Positions 27,191 to 36,011 of a DNA stretch of 64,000 nt are shown piece after piece. Where the stretch lies: NCBI GenBank assembly GCA_047946875.1, contig CP181398.1, positions 969,041 through 1,033,040 on the forward strand, in the 5' to 3' direction. The notes under the pieces were generated by a model. It ran no database searches. It was not told the origin of the DNA and was given only the letters and a program-made list of their open reading frames with translations. A program made the position numbers and the translations under genes. The DNA comes from Candidatus Kerfeldbacteria bacterium (GTDB taxonomy: Bacteria > Patescibacteriota > Patescibacteriia > UBA10025 > JAHIVO01). Position 1 is the stretch's first letter. Each line of letters opens with the position of its first letter.

Positions 27191-29455
27191 TTATATGTCG
27201 TCCTTTTCTAAATGGTCGTCTGATTTACTATTATTTATGTAGAATTTTTTTATTAACAAACCTCCAATTATTATTATTAAAAAACCGACTGTAATATATA
27301 GATATAATTTTACCTGTTTATCTTTGTTATTAGGCATAAATTCATATGTCTCAGTTTCATCAATATCAACTCCTAAAACCTTAGTAGAATTAGGCTCAAT
27401 TTGCCTTTTTGTAATAGAAATATCCTCCTCTGTACGAGGTAATAAACGTAGCCCAGCTGAAGTTTTGTCCAACAATCCAACTACAGTCATCTTATCTCCA
27501 GGCTCAACATCTGGCTTATTAATATTGGTCTTTTTTTGTATATAAACACGTAATAAATGACCAGCTTCATCCATTAAATATATGCTCAAACTTTTAATAC
27601 TTTCTACCTCACCAGTAACAATCAATACCCTTCCTAATAATGTTTCATTAACATTACTAATATTTATTTCCATCGGGCTTAAATTTTCCAGTTCTTCTTG
27701 TGCCATTTCAACTTCGTTGTCAATTTCACTGAAGACAATTATATTTTCATTACTTGGTGTTATTTCTTCTGTCCAGCTCCATTGGTTATTATTCCTATCA
27801 TAAGAAAATGATAAATCTGATTTTGCATCCTTATATTCTACTCCGTTAATAATTTTATCCCTCGGATCTATTAGATAAATTACATCACCAGAATTATTCA
27901 AAGTTATTTTACTTTCTTTTCTATCAACAACTAAATAGTCACCTTGTTCAATTATTTCATTCGGGAAAAAATATTCATTTTTTAGATCGGTTAACTTCCA
28001 TCCTGCCAAATTTATCTCTCGACCATCATCATTATAGATCTCTATAAACTCGCAATCAGCATCTGCTCCTTCGCATGATGGTAAAATTTCGGATAAAATT
28101 ATTTTATCTGAATAATCATAATCAGTCACATGAATAATTTGTTCTATAATATCTTCAGCTCCCAACTCATCTATTACAGTCAGAGAAATTACATAGTCAC
28201 CAACCTGTTTATAACTATACTCAACTTCAGGTGTTTCAAGAAAATCCTCATTACCAAAATTCCATCTAAATAATAATTTATCCTCATCTGGATCACTTGA
28301 AGATGAGGCATCAAGCTGAATAATTTGTCCCACTCTAACGTTTATCTCTTCCAATTCGAACTTGGCAACTGGCGGATTGTTATCAATAACGAAATTATTT
28401 GCCCTCCCAGGAGTGTAATCACTTGACCAAATCCATTGTTCACTTATTAGGCTGTAGGACTTATCTTCTTGGCTTTTTTCATATTCAATTTTTTCTACCA
28501 GCGTACCATTAGCATCGTAAAGATAAGCTGCGTCTGTTGTATTGTTTAAACTAATTTTTGATATTTCTTTCTCAATTACTATATATTGATTTGGACCAAC
28601 AAAAGTAGTATCAAAATCGTCTATACTTATTATATATCTCCGCGTACTATTATCTCCCAACTGCCAGCCAGCTAAATTTATTTCTTTTGTATCATTATTA
28701 TATAGCTCTATAAACTCACTATCGTCTGATCCTAGAGGATTTGGAAATAATTCTGTTATTATAATATCCCCAAATCCTCCTTCCATTATTGGATTATCAG
28801 AATTATTGTCTGGAATTACTATTTCTAGGTACTCAACTTCCGAGCTTGAATTCTGAGGCGTAAGCTGTGAGCTTATAATAAAATCATTTGCATTATTATC
28901 AGTATCTTCACTATTACCTAAAAAATAATCCTTGCCTCCTTCCACCATACTATCTGAGTCAGAAGTACTTTTTGCTTTTCGCTCTATACTTTTATTACTA
29001 CCTGGATTGCTCGTTGCCTCTCCTTCATAATCAGAGGACGCCCCCATGCCCACCTTATCAACTTCTTCGCTCATGTCATTTAATAGTATTACCGAATTAT
29101 TGCTTGAAATTGAATTTGTTGTTGAATAATATATATCTGGGTTAATTTCTCCGCTGTAACCAGCTGGGTGCGCTATTAATATGAATGCGTGAGCTTTAAT
29201 AAGTTTCTCGTTGAAATTTTCTACCAATATATATTCATTCCCAGCAGCGGTCTGTTTTATCAAACTCCAGTTAGCTAAGCTGACATCCTGATCAGTCGGA
29301 TTATATAACTCTAAAAATTCGTCTGTACTAAATCCACTCCCACCAGTTATTTTAATTTCACTGATCACAATATGTTCTGCTTCTGCCGAAACAAAATTTA
29401 TACTAACTATTATAATTACAATTATTATAATAAAATATTTTTCTACTTTTAACAT
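27191..29455 (-). CDS. Cell-surface protein with three lamin-tail (LTD) domains and a PKD domain, C-terminal TM anchor
   Basis: Signal peptide. LTD motifs: ISEIKITGG..DEFLELYNPTDQDVSLANWSL, ITELFPNP..SEFIELYNNDTKEINLAGWQL and LSEILPSCEG..CEFIEIYNDDGREINLAGWKL. PKD-like segment FRWNFGNEDFLETPEVEYSYKQVGDYVISLTVIDELG. C-terminal transmembrane helix LYLYITVGFLIIIIGGLLIKKF. Confidence 0.75.
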   Translation of the reverse strand: MLKVEKYFIIIIVIIIVSINFVSAEAEHIVISEIKITGGSGFSTDEFLELYNPTDQDVSLANWSLIKQTAAGNEYILVENFNEKLIKAHAFILIAHPAGYSGEINPDIYYSTTNSISSNNSVILLNDMSEEVDKVGMGASSDYEGEATSNPGSNKSIERKAKSTSDSDSMVEGGKDYFLGNSEDTDNNANDFIISSQLTPQNSSSEVEYLEIVIPDNNSDNPIMEGGFGDIIITELFPNPLGSDDSEFIELYNNDTKEINLAGWQLGDNSTRRYIISIDDFDTTFVGPNQYIVIEKEISKISLNNTTDAAYLYDANGTLVEKIEYEKSQEDKSYSLISEQWIWSSDYTPGRANNFVIDNNPPVAKFELEEINVRVGQIIQLDASSSSDPDEDKLLFRWNFGNEDFLETPEVEYSYKQVGDYVISLTVIDELGAEDIIEQIIHVTDYDYSDKIILSEILPSCEGADADCEFIEIYNDDGREINLAGWKLTDLKNEYFFPNEIIEQGDYLVVDRKESKITLNNSGDVIYLIDPRDKIINGVEYKDAKSDLSFSYDRNNNQWSWTEEITPSNENIIVFSEIDNEVEMAQEELENLSPMEINISNVNETLLGRVLIVTGEVESIKSLSIYLMDEAGHLLRVYIQKKTNINKPDVEPGDKMTVVGLLDKTSAGLRLLPRTEEDISITKRQIEPNSTKVLGVDIDETETYEFMPNNKDKQVKLYLYITVGFLIIIIGGLLIKKFYINNSKSDDHLEKDDI

Positions 29456-29562
29456 AAAATTAATTTTAATTCTTACTCCCTATCTATCCAACCTTATCGA
29501 GACCTTCCCCAAGAACGATAAGGTCAGAAGATAAGGAGTAATCTCCTTATCTACCCACCTTT

Positions 29563-29973
29563 TTATTTTCCCGCCTTACTAACGTCAATTTCCTCAACCA
29601 CAATTTCATCATTTACTTTATCCGTTTGCTTATCTTCTTTATCCTTTGCTCCACCAAGCATAATAAGATTGGTCATAACGATCTCTGTCTTATAATGCTT
29701 GATTTTTTCTTTATCCTCCCAATTACGTGTGCGCAATCTCCCTTCAAGATAAACACGATCACCTTTTTTTAGATACTCACCTACTACATCACCTAATTTG
29801 CCCCAAGCAATAACAGAATGAAACTCTGTATTTTGCTGTTTTGCTTTGGTTTTTGCATCTTTCCAAGTATAGTTAGTTGCTACTCGAAAATCTGCTACCG
29901 ATTGCCCTGAAGACAACGATTTTACTACTGGATCAGCAGCTAAATTGCCGATCAACTCTGCTTTATTAAGATT
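29563..29973 (-). CDS. ssb: Single-stranded DNA-binding protein
   Basis: MNLNKAELIGNLAADPVVKSLSSGQSVADFRVATN...HSVIAWGKLGDVVGEYLKKGDRVYLEGRLRTRNWEDKEKIKHYKTEIV is a canonical OB-fold SSB. The start was trimmed from 30051 to the MNLNK ATG. Confidence 0.85.
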   Translation of the reverse strand, partial: NLNKAELIGNLAADPVVKSLSSGQSVADFRVATNYTWKDAKTKAKQQNTEFHSVIAWGKLGDVVGEYLKKGDRVYLEGRLRTRNWEDKEKIKHYKTEIVMTNLIMLGGAKDKEDKQTDKVNDEIVVEEIDVSKAGK

Positions 29974-30280
29974 CATAACTTTATCCTTTCTCTTTTTGGT
30001 TAGTTTATTATTCATAACTATAGTTTTCCACACCGACGATTGGGCTAGCACCGATCAAAGCTGTTTCCAACTAAATTATTTTTTTAATATTGGCTAATGT
30101 TAGTTAATTAATAAGTTATTGACTTTAATATTTAAAGAGTTAAAATGAAAATAAGCTCTTAGAGAATGTCTTTACTAAATAAGCTTTTCTTATCTGAACT
30201 CTCCTACACGTTAGGATGCTTAAGATGAAAAAGACCGTAATAGAAATTTTCTATATAAAAATACACAGCTTCCAAAATTT

Positions 30281-30330
30281 GGACGACCGGCCTTTCAAAA
30301 CTAAGGTCGTCTTTTTGGGTTTAGATTATA
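30281..30330. terminator. Hairpin with flanking T/A runs downstream of the 30362..30952 gene
   Basis: gGACGACCggcctttcaaaactaagGTCGTCtttttgggttt. Confidence 0.5.
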
Positions 30331-30361
30331 AAAACTCGAAACTTTCTAACATATTATTTAT

Positions 30362-30952
30362 TTAAAATTTAATTGGTATGGCATCTACTCCTAAAGAAAT
30401 GTCTAACAAATATTTATCTTCACCTACTAACAATGTAAGTGTTTCATTTTCAACATCAATTAATTCAGTGGATAGTGTAAAAACATTATTAATATCCGTA
30501 TAAACTATCTCCGTAAGAGCATATGGATCATAATCACTAGAATCAATATAAAAAAGTGTTATATAATCCCGATCTTCATTTTTAGAAATAAAATATATTC
30601 GAGAATTATTATCATTCCAAATAAACCCAGTGTATTGATGGTTTATTTCACCGTAACCCTGAACAATACTTGAACCTAAATCTCTTTTAGTTTCATCTCC
30701 AAGATTTTTCATTTTTAATCTTTGGGTATTATCGTCATAAGATTCAACATCTAATTCAAATATACCTCCGCTAAAAGTGTAAGATTCCGTATTTAAAATT
30801 GATTTGGTATTACTATTTACAATATTGGTATTTAACTTAATGTTGGTATCCACTTCATTTTTGGGTGAAACAAATATTATAATTGCAATTATTACTCCAA
30901 TAGTTAACAAACCAACTAAATAATTTTTTTTAATTTTTAAATTTTTATTCAT
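30362..30952 (-). CDS. Membrane-anchored/secreted hypothetical protein
   Basis: The ORF track extends to 31195 but overlaps the M23 gene. It was trimmed to the ATG at 30950-30952 (MNKNLKIKKNYLVGLLTIGVIIAIIIFVSP, an N-terminal TM/signal anchor). Confidence 0.55.
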   Translation of the reverse strand: MNKNLKIKKNYLVGLLTIGVIIAIIIFVSPKNEVDTNIKLNTNIVNSNTKSILNTESYTFSGGIFELDVESYDDNTQRLKMKNLGDETKRDLGSSIVQGYGEINHQYTGFIWNDNNSRIYFISKNEDRDYITLFYIDSSDYDPYALTEIVYTDINNVFTLSTELIDVENETLTLLVGEDKYLLDISLGVDAIPIKF

Positions 30953-31013
30953 ATATTTTTTAAATAATTGGGGAGAGATTATTCTCTCCCCAATAATATG
31001 TAGGCTAAATAGC

Positions 31014-31745
31014 TTACCACCAATAAAAAAAAGTGGCGCAGCTATACCATTCAGGACTGCATACAGATGGAATAATGGGATTACCGTTATTATGAACCAC
31101 ATTCTCATATGCAACGAGGTGTAAATGTTCCGTGAATCCCCCAGGCGAATTACCAAGCCAACCAATATGTTGACCAGCTCTAACGTATTGACCAACTCCT
31201 ACTACACTTGCTAGGATCAAATGTGCATAACGAACCGCTACATGACGTCCAGCATCATAAATCACAACGCAATTACCATAGCCTCCTGAATTACCGGCTT
31301 TCACAACCTTACCGCTTATTCCTGCATAAATTGGCTTAGCCCATTGTGATCCATCATAACGACTGAAATCTCGAGCATGCCAATCAGCACCAGTATGTGA
31401 ATTTAATCTGCGCCCACATGCAGTAATAGTGCCGCCACCTGTTTTCCAGCCTTCATCACCTCTCCACCAATTTGGATGTTCATATCTACCAAATGGCCAA
31501 GCAATACCTAGAGCAGCGTATCTTTTTGCTGCACCTCCCTCAATATCAACATCCCCTATTATGGCGCCTGAATCAATCGAAATTGTGTCAGCCTGAAACG
31601 CCATATCATCGGGATAAACTGGTAAATCCAAACTAATCTCGGATGACTCAATCGGATTCTCATTTTCACTGCAACCCTGCACCAAAGCAAGGGTCGCGAC
31701 CATTGCGATCACGCTTAACGCAATCAATAATTTCTTAAGTAACAT
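31014..31745 (-). CDS. M23 family (LytM-type) peptidoglycan peptidase lipoprotein
   Basis: Lipoprotein signal MLLKKLLIALSVIAMVATLALVQGC. M23 motifs HTGADWHA (HxxxD), YAGISGKVV and TEHLHLV (HxH). Confidence 0.8.
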   Translation of the reverse strand: MLLKKLLIALSVIAMVATLALVQGCSENENPIESSEISLDLPVYPDDMAFQADTISIDSGAIIGDVDIEGGAAKRYAALGIAWPFGRYEHPNWWRGDEGWKTGGGTITACGRRLNSHTGADWHARDFSRYDGSQWAKPIYAGISGKVVKAGNSGGYGNCVVIYDAGRHVAVRYAHLILASVVGVGQYVRAGQHIGWLGNSPGGFTEHLHLVAYENVVHNNGNPIIPSVCSPEWYSCATFFYWW

Positions 31746-31938
31746 TTCTGTTACCTCCTTTGATAAGTTTAAGTTAAATTATACAATTTCTGTGAGCTTA
31801 AACGTTAATCATTAAGGAGTAGCCCACGCAACTCCCAAATAACTATTGATAACATAGCACCTGCCTTTCTACTCTTTTTTAAGATTTAAAGAACTGTTTT
31901 TTGTTTGGTTAATTATTTTATATTTTATATAAAACCAT

Positions 31939-32313
31939 TTACTTAATATAAATATCTTTTTTCACTCCACAAAATTCAATAATAATATTTTCTTTTTTTG
32001 GAAACAAGACCCCATATTCTAAATTTGAATCAAGTGATAAGGTAATATTTACAGTATCTGATTTTATAGCCACACTACATTCTTCTTGACTACTATTTTT
32101 TAGTATTGCAGATACATCTGTCCATTTGCTTATATTTTTTTCAAAAAGATCCTTTGGATCTGTTACAATATCTAGTCCTTCCGTTGTATAAGTAATATCA
32201 ATATAATTAAATTCATCTACAAAAAAACTTGGTATCCAGAACATAAAAAAAGCTAATAGCCCCATAAAAATTACTGCCACAGAACCAATTAATAAGTTTT
32301 TTTTATTTTTCAT
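31939..32313 (-). CDS. Small membrane-anchored hypothetical protein
   Basis: 124 aa, with the N-terminal TM LLIGSVAVIFMGLLAFFMFWIP. Confidence 0.45.
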   Translation of the reverse strand: MKNKKNLLIGSVAVIFMGLLAFFMFWIPSFFVDEFNYIDITYTTEGLDIVTDPKDLFEKNISKWTDVSAILKNSSQEECSVAIKSDTVNITLSLDSNLEYGVLFPKKENIIIEFCGVKKDIYIK

Positions 32314-32384
32314 AAATAATTTACAATAAATTTAATTAATATAGATTAGGTGAATTGAAATTTAAAGAACTGTTTTTTGTTTAA

Positions 32385-32690
32385 TTAATTGTTTTCCCTG
32401 TCTAAATAATTATTATCTTTATTTGCTTGTTTAATTAATTTTCTAAATAATATTTGATAAATAATCATTACTGTTGAATACACTCCAATAACAACATAAA
32501 TCATACTTTTTGAATTCGTTAGATCTGAAAGATTCGACACAACTAAAAAAAATATTATAGTTACTAAAAATCCAAAAATTATCAATATAGCAAGTTTATT
32601 ATTTTTAAACTTTGCGTATGTCCGTAACAATGCAAACAAAACAAATGTATAGATGATTATAATTCCTAAAATTGACCAAAAATCTAACAT
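32385..32690 (-). CDS. Small integral membrane protein (3 TM), hypothetical
   Basis: 101 aa, almost entirely hydrophobic helices. Confidence 0.45.
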   Translation of the reverse strand: MLDFWSILGIIIIYTFVLFALLRTYAKFKNNKLAILIIFGFLVTIIFFLVVSNLSDLTNSKSMIYVVIGVYSTVMIIYQILFRKLIKQANKDNNYLDRENN

Positions 32691-32796
32691 ATTTTTAAAC
32701 TAATTAATTTTTTTAAAATAATATATACATATATATATTATATAGGGAGCAAACTTACGTTTGCCCCCTAGAGAGTAAAGTGATTAGCATTTACAA

Positions 32797-33411
32797 TTAA
32801 TATTTGCATATAATAAATGCACAGAGCCAAGCAGAAAAACCACAAATGCCAGTAACACATGGGTACCAAAATGGTCCAGCATAAATGCAACCAATGGCAC
32901 CACCTCCACATTTATCAAGAACACATAGCCAGAAGCAGCTCCACCAAGACGAAGCTGCCGCTTTGGACATAATGCCTTTCTTTGACACATTATAAGTCGT
33001 GCCTACAGCAGTCTCACTATCAATAACATTTACTTCAGTTACATCAACCGATACTACTTCATTCTCTTCAATGAAACGTAACAGATAAAAACTACTATCA
33101 TTTTTTCCCTTAAATGGAATAATAATACCAGTAATACCTTCCGACTGACCACCAATTGCCTGATCATAGTTCACCTCATAACCACGATCACTTAATTCTT
33201 TCACAGCAACTATTGTCATTTCATTTGCTTTTACATACGCTATTGCGTCACTAAGCTGTTGTTCATCTAACAACCCATCATATTGTGAAGCAATAGGATT
33301 ATGTTGAGATGAATCATTGTCAGAACAACCAACAGTCATTAGTATCATAGAAAACATCGCCAGTGTCATGAAACCCATGGCGAACTTTTTAAAAACAGTA
33401 TTTGTCAGCAT
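32797..33411 (-). CDS. Lipoprotein with a C-terminal Gly/Cys/Trp-rich hydrophobic tail
   Basis: Signal peptide with lipobox (LMTVGC). C-terminal CGGGAIGCIYAGPFWYPCVTGICGFSAWLCAFIICKY. Confidence 0.5.
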   Translation of the reverse strand: MLTNTVFKKFAMGFMTLAMFSMILMTVGCSDNDSSQHNPIASQYDGLLDEQQLSDAIAYVKANEMTIVAVKELSDRGYEVNYDQAIGGQSEGITGIIIPFKGKNDSSFYLLRFIEENEVVSVDVTEVNVIDSETAVGTTYNVSKKGIMSKAAASSWWSCFWLCVLDKCGGGAIGCIYAGPFWYPCVTGICGFSAWLCAFIICKY

Positions 33412-33716
33412 GACAATACTCCTTAAATAAAAACATTTACCGTAGGCTCTTTATTTTTAAATATCATTCGTAAGAAGCGACCCACGTTATCTTCTTACTA
33501 ATTAAAAATAAATTTTAGCACCACACCTCTCTTTCTTCACTTTTTTAATGATCATTTTTGGTTTTATTTGTTGCTATCCACAGATTTTTCCGACGGCAAT
33601 TTCATGCGACGGCTCATTTTATCGTTGAAATAATATTTTGTTTCATTGATTTTTTTTAGCTTCACTTAATTACCTAGCCGTCTCTTTTTTATTTCTCAAT
33701 GTTCATTTCTACCTTT

Positions 33717-33745
33717 ATTTTAGCACAAAAAACGACCTTAGTAAA
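33717..33745 (-). promoter_or_regulatory. Copy 3 of the recurrent promoter cassette (minus strand: TTTACT - 17 nt - TGcTAAAAT)
   Basis: The plus strand reads ...atttctacctttattttagcacaaaaaacgaccttagtaaa. The reverse complement gives TTTACTaaggtcgttttttgtgcTAAAAT. It lies ~60 nt after the stop of the last metalloprotease gene and ~300 nt upstream of the 33411 start. Confidence 0.45.
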
Positions 33746-33805
33746 TTATACAAGGATAAAATAAATTACTTTTTTTATTAAATACTAGTTAGTAATAATA
33801 AAATA

Positions 33806-35953
33806 TTATAAGTTTTCTTGATACCATGCTTCATATTCCCCTTGCGTCCAATCAGTTCCAACTGGAGAATATGCGGCTGGAGGATCACATGGATCCGGTC
33901 CACCAAGAAAAAGAGACGCAACAAGATAGGTAAGGTCCGCAACCGACACTCGTGTATCCAAATCAACATTTGCAGCTGCATAAGGGTAAGGCGCTATTCC
34001 TCCTGTAAATAAATACGAAACAAGGAACGTAACATCAGCAATATTAATACTCCCACTATTATCTACATCACCGCACATGATGTTATTATTGACGATCATG
34101 TTGGTAAAAATAAAACTGGAATTATTAGGCGCGCCGTAAGGAGCACCTGCATTATCATATACGCGTGCCTGTACAAATTCCAAACCATTCAAGACCTCGC
34201 GAGAATCAAAAACTCCCTCATAGGGTACGATAGCATCCGTACCAAGAGAAACTAATCCGCTACGAAAAAAATCCACTTTTTCTATTCCTGAAAGATCGGA
34301 TGCAGAAACAACCAGTGGAACCAAACCAGATACTTCTGTTCCCATTTTCGGAGATGTGAATAACGCTGTTGGTGGATCAAAATCTGTTTTACCGATAATA
34401 ACAGTAACATTCATATACGAATTTTCCGGATTTCCGGAATCTTCAAAAACTTCATCAACTTGAACGACAGTACCGGTAACCGGATCAGTAAATGAAAACA
34501 GTTCCGGTAAAATCTCCGGGCACCCAGAATCACCAGGAGTTATATCCAAAAGCCAGGAACGTGCCGGATCAACCAACCCGTACTCACGACCATTAACATG
34601 TAACAAAGCACCGCCAAGTATGGAACAACTCAAATCACTGTCCGTGCCGTACGGCTGGCGAAATTCGAGATACAAATAATCTCCGGGAGTCCGTGGAATC
34701 TTTAATGCTTTAATTTCCTGTGCGCCGCCTGTCACCGGTGTTTCAATCGGCTTTAAAGTGAAAGTGCCGCTCTCTGATGCTTCATGAATTTGATAGGTAT
34801 CATTAAACCAACCCATATATTCTTTGTGTACTGAATTGAAATGGCCCGAAAATCCTCTTCCCATAATATCGTACCAATCTCCATATTCTGAAAGTTCACA
34901 ATTTTCATAATCAAGTGTAATAATTTCTTCACCACAATCAATAAAACTTGCATGACGAGCTCCGAGCCCATGTCCAAGCTCATGGCCCGGAACGTAATAA
35001 CTCGTATACGTCATATACACCGAACGGACCACCTGTATTGAAAATGGCGTAACACCGTCATCTGTAGGATGAGGGGATTTACCGATAGTTGATAAACCCG
35101 CCCACGCACAACTGGATTCTACGGGCACAACAATCATTACGTGGTCATACTGCGTAAAATCAACATCAGGATCCACTAAATTTATTGTTGCATCATATAT
35201 CTCATTAAAACCACATGTATGATTAATCGGAAGTGTGGACCATCCTTCCGCCAGACCCAAGAGTGTCTCACCACTCAGATTCATCTGATTGAATGACACT
35301 TCCTGATAATATTCATTTATTGATCCAAAAACTACCTGATCTATCTCTGCGTTCGTAATGCTTGGCAGTTCTGTATCTTGAAAATTCGCCGGTATTACCA
35401 AAACCCGCTGTTCACCAAGCACGGAATCTCGTTCACCGGATTTTAATTGAGCTATGCCGGTTTTACTCTCTTCATTTTCATCTATAATATTCTCAATCAA
35501 AAGCGTGTTGTTCCCCACATCATACCCAGTAACCAACATAGTGGTTCCGGATATTAATCCTGGTTCTGATTCACTTGTAAAAAAGAGTTGATATTTAACG
35601 CCGTCATCAGTATGTAAGAAAAATTCACTCCACGCTGTATTCTTATCAAAATCATCATAAGCAACTTCCTGTAATATTCCTTGTAATGTGATAATACTAC
35701 CACTACATTCTTCCATATCTACAGTTTTGTATGACTGGTCAATTATATCTAAACGTATATTGCTGCTAGCCCACTGATCCGTATTTACAGAAGGACACCT
35801 GCTGATTTCTTGATTCACGTGATCAATCCGACTGCTGAACATTCCAATAATTATTCCCGCCGCCAAACACAAAGATGTAGCCATCATAACTGCAATAATA
35901 ATTTTTTCTTCAATGGAAACTTTAGTTTTTACCTGCATTTGGATTAATTCCAT
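33806..35953 (-). CDS. Membrane-anchored reprolysin-like zinc metalloprotease (metzincin) with a C-terminal dockerin-like domain; paralogue g of the array
   Basis: N-terminal signal anchor QVKTKVSIEEKIIIAVMMATSLCLAAGIIIGMF. Zinc motif VPGHELGHGLGARHAS (HExxHxxGxxH). C-terminal CGDVDNSGSINIADVTFLVSYLF...ANVDLDTRVSVADLTYLVASLF is a duplicated dockerin-type Ca-binding repeat. Confidence 0.75.
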   Translation of the reverse strand: MELIQMQVKTKVSIEEKIIIAVMMATSLCLAAGIIIGMFSSRIDHVNQEISRCPSVNTDQWASSNIRLDIIDQSYKTVDMEECSGSIITLQGILQEVAYDDFDKNTAWSEFFLHTDDGVKYQLFFTSESEPGLISGTTMLVTGYDVGNNTLLIENIIDENEESKTGIAQLKSGERDSVLGEQRVLVIPANFQDTELPSITNAEIDQVVFGSINEYYQEVSFNQMNLSGETLLGLAEGWSTLPINHTCGFNEIYDATINLVDPDVDFTQYDHVMIVVPVESSCAWAGLSTIGKSPHPTDDGVTPFSIQVVRSVYMTYTSYYVPGHELGHGLGARHASFIDCGEEIITLDYENCELSEYGDWYDIMGRGFSGHFNSVHKEYMGWFNDTYQIHEASESGTFTLKPIETPVTGGAQEIKALKIPRTPGDYLYLEFRQPYGTDSDLSCSILGGALLHVNGREYGLVDPARSWLLDITPGDSGCPEILPELFSFTDPVTGTVVQVDEVFEDSGNPENSYMNVTVIIGKTDFDPPTALFTSPKMGTEVSGLVPLVVSASDLSGIEKVDFFRSGLVSLGTDAIVPYEGVFDSREVLNGLEFVQARVYDNAGAPYGAPNNSSFIFTNMIVNNNIMCGDVDNSGSINIADVTFLVSYLFTGGIAPYPYAAANVDLDTRVSVADLTYLVASLFLGGPDPCDPPAAYSPVGTDWTQGEYEAWYQENL

Positions 35954-36011
35954 AAATTTTTATCATCATACAAATAAAATTCTGCTTAATATCAATCTAC
36001 AGACTATTTTA

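Noticed and set aside
30953-31195. N-terminal extension of ORF 30362..31195 overlapping the M23 peptidase gene
   Set aside because: The extension overlaps the 3' end of a confidently identified M23 gene in another frame. The internal ATG at 30952 gives a proper signal-anchor N-terminus.
32784-32990. 68-aa ORF overlapping 32797..33411 in another frame
   Set aside because: It is fully contained within the longer lipoprotein CDS, with no independent start signals.
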